Source: a virus (taxonomy: Duplodnaviria; Caudoviricetes). Taken from it: 34,970 nucleotides of DNA. The position numbers and the translations under genes are program-made. This document shows positions 16,861 to 24,299 of the stretch, piece by piece. Positions within the stretch are counted from its first letter, which is position 1. The number at the start of each line of letters is the position of its first letter. The stretch lies in the IMG/VR virus record IMGVR_UViG_3300020045_006069, positions 1 through 34,970 of that record; one strand, written 5' to 3'. Below the pieces are notes generated by a model. That model did not search any database and was not told where the DNA came from. It saw only the letters and a list, made by a program, of their open reading frames with translations.

Positions 16861-17348
16861 CGTATCTCCACGTATTCACTCACATTCACATCGAACCCGT
16901 CCGGTAACGCACCGGCCTTGTACATTTCCAATGCCTTGTCGCTGTTCAGTTCCACCTTCACCCGCTGTAACTCCGTTGGCAGTTCTTCGGGCGGGCGAGG
17001 CCATTTGATCGACGGCCGACTTGCTTTACGGACAGAAGCCGTACCGATGCCGACGTTTATCTTCGGGATGTTGGCGTGCTTGAGGCATGCCAACAGGTAT
17101 TCCTTGATCCACTTCATCGACTTGGTCTTGGAGCGTTTCTTTTCTTCGAGTCTCTTTATCTCGTCATCGAAACCCATTTCGTCAGTTTCCTGATGCCGGT
17201 AGAGCGCAATGAGGTTGCGCACTTTCGTTTGAATGTCGCCTTCGATGCTATCAAGGATGGCGGCTTGTTCGGCTGTTATTTCTTCGCAGTTCTCAAGCGA
17301 GTCCGCGAAGGCGCGGTATTCGGCGGATAGTTCGTAGAGTCTGGTCAT
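16857..17348 (-). CDS. Siphovirus Gp157 family protein
   Basis: LYELSAEY..LDSIEGDIQTKV..EIKRL..IKEYLL..SVRK. Confidence 0.85.
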   Translation of the reverse strand: MTRLYELSAEYRAFADSLENCEEITAEQAAILDSIEGDIQTKVRNLIALYRHQETDEMGFDDEIKRLEEKKRSKTKSMKWIKEYLLACLKHANIPKINVGIGTASVRKASRPSIKWPRPPEELPTELQRVKVELNSDKALEMYKAGALPDGFDVNVSEYVEIR

Positions 17349-17593
17349 TTGTCGGCCTCGCATTCGGCATAGATCAGGGCGAAGTACCGCAACGCTGCCA
17401 TGATGATAATTTTCATGGATTCATCGGGTAGGGTTTTAGTCAGTGACGACCACTTGTCGCACGGAACATTAAAAAAGACTTTGAGACAGGATTCGATGAA
17501 CTTGTCACCGTTCCGCATGGCGTCCTTGAGCGCCGTGTCCAACTGGTCAGACGCGGCAAGGATCGTGGCGTGTAGTTTGTTCGGGTCGCTCAT
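17345..17593 (-). CDS. Hypothetical protein
   Basis: ATGA coupling on both sides. Confidence 0.6.
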   Translation of the reverse strand: MSDPNKLHATILAASDQLDTALKDAMRNGDKFIESCLKVFFNVPCDKWSSLTKTLPDESMKIIIMAALRYFALIYAECEADK

Positions 17594-17862
17594 TGGTTAG
17601 CTTCGCTTTCTCCAGCTGCTTCACGCATCAGGTCGTTGATGTGTCGCGGGCCTTCGTTAGCGGCAAGCATCATTTCGGCCTTGGTCCGGCGCTTGCGTTT
17701 CGGTGCAGGCGGGGCTTCCTCGTCCTTGCCTGTCATGCGGGCGATGAATGCGTCGATGTCGTCAATGCGGGATTGTGCCGCGTCACGGTCGGCCTCGTGT
17801 GATTTCTTTCGTTCTTTCAATCGCTCGATCAGGTCGCGGTCATCGTCGGATAGTTTGGCCAT
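17590..17862 (-). CDS. Coiled-coil protein with KRKRRTKAEM motif
   Basis: AAAGGA RBS within a start-associated repeat. Confidence 0.7.
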   Translation of the reverse strand: MAKLSDDDRDLIERLKERKKSHEADRDAAQSRIDDIDAFIARMTGKDEEAPPAPKRKRRTKAEMMLAANEGPRHINDLMREAAGESEANQ

Positions 17863-17895
17863 TTGCGGGTGTCCTTTCGTTTGGGGGTTTAGAAT

Positions 17896-18099
17896 TCAAA
17901 TGTCGCCTTGCTCAACGATGTTCGTTACTTGCGTCTCGTTGCGTTTCTTTTCCCGGATCGCCTTGCGGTCGATGACCAGGGACTTCGGCGCATCGAATGC
18001 CAATCTTACTTTCCCCTTGCAGATTTGGGCTATGGTGACAACGATGTCATCACCGATTAGGAACTGCTCGCCCACCTTGCCGCTAAGCACCAATGACAT
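17896..18099 (-). CDS. csrA: Carbon storage regulator CsrA/RsmA-like RNA-binding protein
   Basis: LVLSGKVGEQFLIGDDIVVTI..GKVRLAFDAPKSLVIDRKAI matches the CsrA pattern LILTRRVGE.L.IGDDV.VTV..QVRIGV.AP..V.VHR.EI. Confidence 0.88.
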   Translation of the reverse strand: MSLVLSGKVGEQFLIGDDIVVTIAQICKGKVRLAFDAPKSLVIDRKAIREKKRNETQVTNIVEQGDI

Positions 18100-18120
18100 T
18101 TGAGTAGACTCCGTTCGTGT

Positions 18121-18594
18121 TTATTCTTCGTCGGGCACTTTGTAAGGCGTCAACAGATTGAACGCTTCATCAATTCGCTTGTCGAGTTCGTCGCGGTCAG
18201 CGATTAGTCCGCCGATCTTGAAGATGATCGAGTCGTTGTCAGGACCGAGAGGGTAACATAGCTCGGCTGCTGCTTTGGCGATTTCGCCTTCGGCGTGAAA
18301 CTTCCCTTTGCTCAGGTGCTTTATGCGTACCTCATCTTTAGTGCCATACGAGCGATACGACGACTTCGCGGCGATGCTGGTGATTTCAACTGGGTCGAGT
18401 CGCGAGCCGTAAACGGCTTTGACCCGCTCGAATGGCTTACCCTTCGGCTTTGACACCGGCTTGTCGATGGTGGCTTTGGCTTCCTTGAGGGAAACCGCTT
18501 CCTTCTCCCGACCGCGAAGCGTGAATAGCCATTTGTCCGTCACTTCGTTGTAGGTGATTTCAACGTCGTGATATGTAACCTTGACTTCGTTCAC
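18121..18594 (-). CDS. Hypothetical protein
   Basis: GGAG RBS before GTG 18594 (alternative ATG at 18609). Confidence 0.7.
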   Translation of the reverse strand: MNEVKVTYHDVEITYNEVTDKWLFTLRGREKEAVSLKEAKATIDKPVSKPKGKPFERVKAVYGSRLDPVEITSIAAKSSYRSYGTKDEVRIKHLSKGKFHAEGEIAKAAAELCYPLGPDNDSIIFKIGGLIADRDELDKRIDEAFNLLTPYKVPDEE

Positions 18595-18619
18595 TGCGGT
18601 TATCTCCATTGAAAGAAAA

Positions 18620-18725
18620 GAGCGGATAGCACCGTTTCATTGGCATGCAACGGTTCGCCAACCGTCGCACTTCACAGGGCCGGAGCCGGCAACGCACCGA
18701 TTCCGGTTTGCGGCGCTACCCGCTC
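18620..18725 (-). ncRNA. Structured RNA motif, copy A (three-way junction followed by U-tract)
   Basis: 15-bp closing stem with G-U pairs on the minus strand, two internal hairpins, then TTTTCTTT. Confidence 0.75.
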
Positions 18726-18744
18726 GTGGTCCGTAGTCAAAAAA

Positions 18745-18849
18745 GGCGGATAACGCCGTTTCATTCCGGGTGTGCCGGTTCGGCAACCGTCACATCACGC
18801 TGGCCTGCGCTGGCAACGCACCAGTGCAAAAGCCGCGACGTTATCCGCC
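18745..18849 (-). ncRNA. Structured RNA motif, copy B (three-way junction followed by U-tract)
   Basis: 14-bp closing stem, same loop TGCGTTG and junctions GTGA and AATGAAA as copy A, then TTTTTT. Confidence 0.75.
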
Positions 18850-19230
18850 CGTGGTTCGCTGGGCGAGTATCAGGTCGATTTCAGGCAGCAACAGTCTCCG
18901 CATTTCATTTCGCGGCGTGTCGTCGAACCAGTTCAGAAAGTGCCTGACGCCTGCCGGTTCCTTCAATTCCTCGTCGCACATATGGCAGCGTTCGGCGAAG
19001 AACTTTTCCACTTCGCCAACTGTTTTTAGGTCGTTGCCTTTCCAGCCGCACCATCCGGTAGCGCATGCGCCTTCAATCGGCCAGTCTTGTACACACATGA
19101 GCGGCGGTGATGTCGTCGCACCTTGGAGTAGTTTCGGATCATCGGTTTCGACTGCTTCTCGAAGCGAAACGAGGCCAGAGGTCGGTAAGAATTTGGCCAG
19201 CGCTCGCCAAGCTAGTTTCCATAGTTCCAT
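18841..19230 (-). CDS. Conserved hypothetical protein of Gemmataceae type
   Basis: DDPKLLQGATTSPPLMCVQDWPIEGAC..TVGEVEKFF..FLNWFDDTPR (family recalled, not searched); CAGGAG RBS before ATG 19230. Confidence 0.75.
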   Translation of the reverse strand: MELWKLAWRALAKFLPTSGLVSLREAVETDDPKLLQGATTSPPLMCVQDWPIEGACATGWCGWKGNDLKTVGEVEKFFAERCHMCDEELKEPAGVRHFLNWFDDTPRNEMRRLLLPEIDLILAQRTTGG

Positions 19231-19250
19231 TGCGTTCTCCTGTCTTGCCG

Positions 19251-19853
19251 CTAAGCATTCTTCGCGGTTTGCAGGTGGATCGGTAAATAACCGTGCCATT
19301 TCATTGACATACAGCCGAACGGCACGCGAGCGCCTTCAAGTATCGGTTCGCCGTATTTTGCGGACGTTCGGATAGACTTGGATTTGCCAGCCGCGAATTC
19401 AACCCATTTATCACCGCATCCGGTATCCAAAACTTCGCAGCATGGGTCGATAATCCAACCGTGTGCATGTTCGCTTGCCACATGGCCGACGAATACGCTA
19501 AAGCCGTAGCCGTGCGGGATAAATACGAGTGAGTTTTCGCCGACGATGAGCACGATTTGGTTCTCCGGTTTGAGTAGTCCGACGAGTCCGCCGAGTCCGC
19601 TGAGTCCGCCGCGTCCGACGAGTCCGCCGAGTCCGCTGAGTCCGACGAGTCCGCCGCGTCCGACGAGTCCGCCGAGTCCGCTGAGTCCGACGAGTCCGCC
19701 GCGTCCGACGAGTCCTAAGTCGTAGATTTGGCCGCGCCAGTATGCCGCTTGCGGGTCGCCGTGTTCTTCCAGCCAATCTGCATAGACCAATTGCGGGCCA
19801 CGGTCGCGCGGATGGTCGTTAATCATTTTCTGAAACGGTATGCGGTCGTGCAT
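19251..19853 (-). CDS. TIGR02996 domain protein with (Gly-X-X)16 repeat
   Basis: FQKMINDHPRDRGPQLVYADWLEEHGDPQA, then GLV-GRG-GLV-GLS-GLG repeats; AGGAG RBS. Confidence 0.85.
   Translation of the reverse strand: MHDRIPFQKMINDHPRDRGPQLVYADWLEEHGDPQAAYWRGQIYDLGLVGRGGLVGLSGLGGLVGRGGLVGLSGLGGLVGRGGLSGLGGLVGLLKPENQIVLIVGENSLVFIPHGYGFSVFVGHVASEHAHGWIIDPCCEVLDTGCGDKWVEFAAGKSKSIRTSAKYGEPILEGARVPFGCMSMKWHGYLPIHLQTAKNA
19575..19718. repeat. 9-bp tandem repeat x16 with a 45-bp higher-order period
   Basis: Units GAGTCCGCC / GAGTCCGCT / GAGTCCGAC / GCGTCCGAC; 19611-19655 equals 19656-19700. Confidence 0.95.
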
Positions 19854-19883
19854 TAAACTCTCTCCTGGGCTTGCCGCTAAGCA

Positions 19884-20087
19884 TTAGTTGAGCGTGCTTA
19901 TTTTCCCAATGCTGGCGGCTATCTTCACGTGCAGTTTCTTAAACTCGTTAATCGATTCCATGTTGCACTTGTCGCCTTCCGCGTCCGGGTTGTCGGCGTC
20001 GATAGCGAGCAACCTATCTCGGTGGGCGAGAGCAAGTGCAAATAGCAGGTGTTCTCGTTCAGCGAGAGACAATGCTAGACGTTTCAT
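19884..20087 (-). CDS. Hypothetical protein
   Basis: ATGA coupling. Confidence 0.6.
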   Translation of the reverse strand: MKRLALSLAEREHLLFALALAHRDRLLAIDADNPDAEGDKCNMESINEFKKLHVKIAASIGKISTLN

Positions 20088-20290
20088 GGCTGCCTATCCT
20101 TCTCGGCCCGGATCGTGGCTCGGGCGCGTTCGGCAATCCCGCCCGGTGCATAAATTTCGCTCATGGTTGGCGTTCCCGGCTTCACAACCACGTGCCGCGT
20201 TCGTCGGGCAATGTCGTCATCGTGCCGTGCGTCGTCGCGGTCGGGGTGGATGGAATGCTCTGGTTCGGTCAGGATGTCAGCGGTGGTCAT
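20084..20290 (-). CDS. Hypothetical protein
   Basis: ATGA coupling on both sides. Confidence 0.55.
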   Translation of the reverse strand: MTTADILTEPEHSIHPDRDDARHDDDIARRTRHVVVKPGTPTMSEIYAPGGIAERARATIRAEKDRQP

Positions 20291-20520
20291 TGGTTAGTCT
20301 CGCAGCGTTTCATTCCGAGCAGTTCGCGTACATCGTCGCGAACGTGAGCAGGTACGGCTAATCCACGTTCGTCGGGGTTTAGGAACGTCCGCAAGAAGGC
20401 GTGCAACTCGTCGAGGTTGTCCGCCGCATCGGTTAGTAGTCCCTGAACGTCCCAACTTAACGGGTTGTCGATGGCGTTTCGTAGTGCGATTTGGAGCGGT
20501 CTGCCGAATACGGTTTTCAT
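20287..20520 (-). CDS. Hypothetical protein
   Basis: GAGGGG RBS; ATGA coupling. Confidence 0.65.
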   Translation of the reverse strand: MKTVFGRPLQIALRNAIDNPLSWDVQGLLTDAADNLDELHAFLRTFLNPDERGLAVPAHVRDDVRELLGMKRCETNQ

Positions 20521-20693
20521 GTTCCCCTCAATGCGTTTGCTTCTTCTCTACTTTCGATTTTCAGAATCTCATATCCGCGTTTTGCGAGTTTCGTTGCCTC
20601 CGCTTTTGCAGCGGAAAGCGTGAGGTAATTCCATTGCGAGCAATTCACATTTGATCCGAGTCGGGCCGGTCGCTTGTACCATATACGGAACAT
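20517..20693 (-). CDS. Small early protein (58 aa)
   Basis: Manually translated MFRIWYKRP..AAKAEATKLAKRGYEILKIE..; AAAGGAG RBS. Confidence 0.65.
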   Translation of the reverse strand: MFRIWYKRPARLGSNVNCSQWNYLTLSAAKAEATKLAKRGYEILKIESREEANALRGT

Positions 20694-20704
20694 GGGCGGC
20701 TCCT

Positions 20705-20893
20705 TTAGTTGCCGTTGCGAATTCGCAATAGGGCGTCAACGAAGCACGTGTAACCGGGCATTGTGTTCCACAAGGCGATCACGTGATCGCGTTCGGCTTT
20801 GCTCATCACCTTGTCGAGTTGATCGGACCACGGGCCGTATTTGGCAGTGGCTTGTGCTTGCTGGACGATTTCAGCGGCGCGTTCGGCTGTCAT
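20705..20893 (-). CDS. Small early protein
   Basis: AAAGGGGAA RBS; YGPWSDQL..W.TMPG.TCF.DAL. Confidence 0.7.
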   Translation of the reverse strand: MTAERAAEIVQQAQATAKYGPWSDQLDKVMSKAERDHVIALWNTMPGYTCFVDALLRIRNGN

Positions 20894-20920
20894 TGGTTCC
20901 CCTTTGTGGTTCAGAGATTG

Positions 20921-20938
20921 GCGGGCGTCCTTGCCCGC
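20921..20938 (-). promoter_or_regulatory. CAAGGACG stem-loop (CsrA-type site) 1
   Basis: Minus strand GCGGGC-AAGGAC-GCCCGC. Confidence 0.6.
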
Positions 20939-20956
20939 TGCTTCCCGGTCGATGGA

Positions 20957-21139
20957 TCACCAGATTTCGTCAAGACGGCTCGCCATGCCTTCGAGTTCAT
21001 CCTCGAAGTCGGCGTACTCGTCGTTTTGGTTTTCGTCGGCCCATGTGTCCATTGCGATGGCAAGGGCGCGGAGTACGGCAGGCAGTCCGTTAGTTTCGAT
21101 CATGGACAGTAATTGGGCTTCGGTCGTTTGCGGCTTCAT
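20957..21139 (-). CDS. Small acidic early protein
   Basis: GGAGA RBS in the repeated linker; D/E-rich C-terminus. Confidence 0.7.
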   Translation of the reverse strand: MKPQTTEAQLLSMIETNGLPAVLRALAIAMDTWADENQNDEYADFEDELEGMASRLDEIW

Positions 21140-21174
21140 TGCAGTTTCTCCGGTTCGGGGTTAGTGGGAAAAAT

Positions 21175-21192
21175 GCGGGCGTCCTTGCCCGC
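21175..21192 (-). promoter_or_regulatory. CAAGGACG stem-loop (CsrA-type site) 2
   Basis: GCGGGC-AAGGAC-GCCCGC then ATTTTT. Confidence 0.6.
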
Positions 21193-21210
21193 CGCTTCCC
21201 GGTCGATGCA

Positions 21211-21543
21211 TCAAGACGGTTTCCAGTCACCGATTCCGCATGCCTCTAGGTCGATATGGCAAGCGGTCGCGGCTTGTTCCAGTTCGGCATTCTGAATGAA
21301 AATCGGCATGTTATCGAGGGTTAATTGGCATGCGGTCATACACTCGGCAAGGTCGCGGATTTCAGCAGCAAGATTGAATAGGTCTCTTGCCGGTTGTGAC
21401 GGTTTGCCCTTGTCCAGTTCGCCGCGAATCTGGAGACTCAGATCGTAAACCTTGCTGTTGCAAATCCGCACGGTGGTCTTGAGTTTCGCTTCGAGTTGTC
21501 GCCATTGATCGGCGGTGAGCATGAGTTGTTTGCGTCGGGCCAT
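21211..21543 (-). CDS. Helical early protein
   Basis: ATG 21543 follows the repeated linker with GGAGA. Confidence 0.7.
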   Translation of the reverse strand: MARRKQLMLTADQWRQLEAKLKTTVRICNSKVYDLSLQIRGELDKGKPSQPARDLFNLAAEIRDLAECMTACQLTLDNMPIFIQNAELEQAATACHIDLEACGIGDWKPS

Positions 21544-21578
21544 TGTCAGTTTCTCCGGTTCGGGGTTAGTGGGAAAAA

Positions 21579-21596
21579 TGCGGCGTCCTTGCCGCA
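21579..21596 (-). promoter_or_regulatory. CAAGGACG stem-loop (CsrA-type site) 3
   Basis: TGCGGC-AAGGAC-GCCGCA then TTTTT. Confidence 0.6.
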
Positions 21597-21609
21597 CGCT
21601 GCGAGCGGA

Positions 21610-21753
21610 TCAGGATGACCACACAACAACGTCCCATGCGCCAGCGTCCCAAGTCTCAGCGGCACATTGGCGGGCTTCGGCTTCGGTGAAGAACGTCACA
21701 CAATGCCCGTTGTCGTTTTGGCTCATCATGTAGGAAACGTGCCAGAATTGCAT
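21610..21753 (-). CDS. Small early protein (47 aa)
   Basis: Manually translated MQFWHVSYMM..FFTEAEARQCA..VVWSS; GAGGGAG RBS; first gene after a promoter. Confidence 0.65.
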   Translation of the reverse strand: MQFWHVSYMMSQNDNGHCVTFFTEAEARQCAAETWDAGAWDVVVWSS

Positions 21754-21797
21754 TGTCGGCTCCCTCATTTGCGTTTCGATCATTCACCACTACTTAC

Positions 21798-21826
21798 ACT
21801 ATAGTTTCGCTATAGCGTAGTGTCAA
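21798..21826 (-). promoter_or_regulatory. Strong sigma70-like early promoter
   Basis: TTGACA-17-TATAGT; palindrome CGCTATAGCG in the spacer; A-rich upstream region. Confidence 0.85.
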
Positions 21827-21839
21827 GTGGATTGTGGAA

Positions 21840-22037
21840 TTATTTTCCAAGTTTTTTTCGGTGCCGTTCGATCCATTGGCGGATTGCTTCGACGGCGCAT
21901 GATGTCATGGGTCGGTCAAGGGCGGTTGCGATCTCGCGTAGTTCGGCATGGATTTCAGGTAGCAAGCCAATCAACATCGGCTTGCGTCCGCTCGCCTTGA
22001 GACTCGCACCGCCGCTAGGTCGTTTAGTTGTTTCCAT
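21840..22037 (-). CDS. RHH/Arc-like DNA-binding protein, probably leaderless
   Basis: PMLIGLLPEIHAELREIATALDRPMTSCAVEAIRQWI; ATG 22037 lies 7 nt after TAATAT. Confidence 0.7.
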   Translation of the reverse strand: METTKRPSGGASLKASGRKPMLIGLLPEIHAELREIATALDRPMTSCAVEAIRQWIERHRKKLGK

Positions 22038-22044
22038 GCCGATC

Positions 22045-22073
22045 ATATTAGCATTCCTAAGTTGGCCGGTCAA
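22045..22073 (-). promoter_or_regulatory. Sigma70-like promoter (leaderless)
   Basis: TTGACC-17-TAATAT. Confidence 0.7.
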
Positions 22074-22435
22074 ATTTTTTTGACCAGTCCATCCCTCAAG
22101 GCTTGCGCCCAGGCAATCGGGCGTACCATGTAGCCCGCTCGCGATGTTCGCGTTTGGTCTTCGAACTGGTACGGGGATACGGTCGATAACCAGTCCAATT
22201 GAACGAGGGTTTCCAACATGCCGCGCGGCAGGCCGATTGATACGGGCGTGATGGTTCCGCCGATCTGTGCTCGGCGGTCATGTAGCACGCGAAGTAGTGC
22301 GGATCGTTCCGGGGCAGTGAGCCAGGGCCATCGCACGGGGCTGGACGTGGACTCATGGCGTTTCGCTGGCTTGTCATCGTGGTAAACGTCGATCATGCCA
22401 ACGGGCATATCGGCGGAGGTTGTAACTAAACGCAT
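22070..22435 (-). CDS. Hypothetical early protein
   Basis: GAGGA RBS in the repeated linker. Confidence 0.65.
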   Translation of the reverse strand: MRLVTTSADMPVGMIDVYHDDKPAKRHESTSSPVRWPWLTAPERSALLRVLHDRRAQIGGTITPVSIGLPRGMLETLVQLDWLSTVSPYQFEDQTRTSRAGYMVRPIAWAQALRDGLVKKI

Positions 22436-22457
22436 TGGCGGGTTCCTCGGTTCGGGG

Positions 22458-23060
22458 TTAGTTGGCGTTTGCGTAATGGCGTTTGACTAACTTCGTTGCG
22501 GCTTTGGTCGCGTTCTTTTGCACTCGATCGTATCGCGTTCGGTGTTGGCGGTGGTCGTTGTACCATAGATGCCAGTATTCGCACGCGACAGCGCCCAAGA
22601 TGAAAAGCACATCCCAATTGACTTGACTAATGACCCTGCCGATGGATGTATCGACGACATGGCGATTGATGTTTGATAAATCGCTGTCGATTCTTAGTTT
22701 CAATGCTGTCGAACAGTTGCGTATTCGTTGTGCTAGTTCACATTCTCCGCGCTCTTCCAGCCAGTCCGCCACTACGTCGGCGGCTCCCGGTTCGCCAGCA
22801 AACAGAGTTTTAACGAATGGCTTTAGCAGGGCTTTGCGTTCGTTCTCCGCGCGTCGTTCGGCGCTTAACGCTTCCTTCCTCTGTTGCGCCTTCGCGGTGG
22901 CGCGTTCGATCTTTCGATTGCGGCGCTTGGCTTCTTTCACCGCATCGGCCCGGTTCTTAAAGAGTCGCGACGATTTACGGGTCTCTCGATTGAACGCCGC
23001 CCATAGTGTCGGTTCGTCGTCGGATCGGCCAGGGATGCTAACGTGAATCCAAGGGTTCAT
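22458..23060 (-). CDS. Early protein with an internal TIGR02996-like domain
   Basis: PFVKTLFAGEPGAADVVADWLEERGECELAQRIR; start refined to ATG 23060 after the linker. Confidence 0.75.
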   Translation of the reverse strand: MNPWIHVSIPGRSDDEPTLWAAFNRETRKSSRLFKNRADAVKEAKRRNRKIERATAKAQQRKEALSAERRAENERKALLKPFVKTLFAGEPGAADVVADWLEERGECELAQRIRNCSTALKLRIDSDLSNINRHVVDTSIGRVISQVNWDVLFILGAVACEYWHLWYNDHRQHRTRYDRVQKNATKAATKLVKRHYANAN

Positions 23061-23083
23061 TTGCGGGTTCCTCGGTTCGTGGG

Positions 23084-23299
23084 TTAGTTGTAGTTTGGTT
23101 CGGGAGCGAATCGCGGAACTGGTCCGGGCGTTAGCTTTATTACTACGCTTCTGATCTCGTGGTTTGTTGTTGATCCTTCGGCTTTTTTGGCTTGCAATTC
23201 GGCTTTTTCGCGACTCTTGAAAGGACCGTACCAATCGGAAGAATAATTGCCTAGTCCATATCCAGAATCGTAAGTAGTGACGACTACAACATAATGCAT
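23084..23299 (-). CDS. Small early protein (YGPFKS.E.AE motif)
   Basis: AAGGA RBS in the linker. Confidence 0.7.
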   Translation of the reverse strand: MHYVVVVTTYDSGYGLGNYSSDWYGPFKSREKAELQAKKAEGSTTNHEIRSVVIKLTPGPVPRFAPEPNYN

Positions 23300-23323
23300 T
23301 GCGGTTTCCTTCATAGTTCGGGT

Positions 23324-23554
23324 TTAGTTGGCGTTGTACTCGAAACAGTCTGGAGGCATGGCCCCGTTTTGCTTGAAGCCGCGATTAGCAAGCCAGGTCT
23401 CGCAGGCTTTGAGGGATTCGGCACCACCCTGTTGAGGCCAGTATCCGCGAACTACGTCGCCAACTATCACCGCGTCCGGGTGATCGGTTGTAACAAACCA
23501 GTCTCTTTCGTGGGTGATCGGGTTTACAACCGATCCTAATGATGCTTGTTGCAT
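23324..23554 (-). CDS. Small early protein
   Basis: GGAG RBS in the linker before ATG 23554. Confidence 0.65.
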   Translation of the reverse strand: MQQASLGSVVNPITHERDWFVTTDHPDAVIVGDVVRGYWPQQGGAESLKACETWLANRGFKQNGAMPPDCFEYNAN

Positions 23555-23624
23555 TTGCGGGTACTCCGGTTTGGGGTTTAAGATCGGCCGCGCCCTGAAC
23601 GATAGAGCGCGGCAAGGGATCAGG

Positions 23625-24011
23625 CTAGATAACGGGCGGTGATTCTTCGATATTCTGGGCAGCATTGGCCCACGCTTCGGCCTCGGTATCGCACCAGTTG
23701 GAAATGTCGAAGCGTTGCATAGTATCGTAAATGCGGAATCGTCCAAAAAACGATTTCGTAACAGTGGCATCGGGGAACACTTCAAGCACGGCATCACGGT
23801 CAGCGGATAGCTTGCCTTCCGCCTCGACGTGGGCGTCAAGGCTCGCCAGTTGACGACGTAAGCCTTCGACGATTGGCCGCACGGCATCGGCTGCATTGGC
23901 GAGTCGGGTGAAGTCGGCCCGGTCTGAGTCGCGGCCAGGCTCCACGGTGATCGCGGAGTAGTAGAGGTTTTCCAGGGCGGACAGGTCGGCGAGGGAGATT
24001 GAGAGAGTCAT
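23625..24011 (-). CDS. Early protein
   Basis: GGAG RBS in the linker; C-terminal TEAEAWANAA motif. Confidence 0.7.
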   Translation of the reverse strand: MTLSISLADLSALENLYYSAITVEPGRDSDRADFTRLANAADAVRPIVEGLRRQLASLDAHVEAEGKLSADRDAVLEVFPDATVTKSFFGRFRIYDTMQRFDISNWCDTEAEAWANAAQNIEESPPVI

Positions 24012-24034
24012 TGCGGGTTGGCTCCGGTTTGGGG

Positions 24035-24274
24035 TTAAGAATCTTGGATGATGAACTTCGGGTCGTCGTTTTTGGCTCTTACTATGTAGTACCCGTTGAC
24101 GGCCGGGTTGTCGGTTATTTCCGAAAGTCGTCGCTCCGCGTTGGATTTTCGGCGATAAGCGTTGACGAATGTGTAACCGGATTCGTCAACGTCGCATTCT
24201 TGGACGGCGTAACGGTTGACGTTTACTTCGGCTTGCTGACGGATCACGAAAACATACTTCGGTGTGCTGGTCAT
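24035..24274 (-). CDS. Small early protein
   Basis: AAGGA RBS in the linker. Confidence 0.7.
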   Translation of the reverse strand: MTSTPKYVFVIRQQAEVNVNRYAVQECDVDESGYTFVNAYRRKSNAERRLSEITDNPAVNGYYIVRAKNDDPKFIIQDS

Positions 24275-24299
24275 TGCGGGTTTCCTTCATAGTTCGGGT

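Larger units (their letters stand above)
21142..21596. repeat. Direct repeats flanking gene 21211-21543
   Basis: CAGTTTCTCCGGTTCGGGGTTAGTGGGAAAAATGCGG identical at 21142-21178 and 21547-21583. Confidence 0.9.

Noticed and set aside
18620-18849. Hammerhead ribozyme or cobalamin riboswitch identity for the tandem RNA
   Set aside because: It has three stems and GAAAC, but no CUGANGA core and C rather than U opposite A15.1; cobalamin hallmarks (GGGAA, B12 box) are not present in both copies
19498-19776. Arg/Thr-rich (RRT)n protamine-like ORF
   Set aside because: Alternative frame of the 9-bp repeat inside the TIGR02996 gene, which has the RBS and the domain
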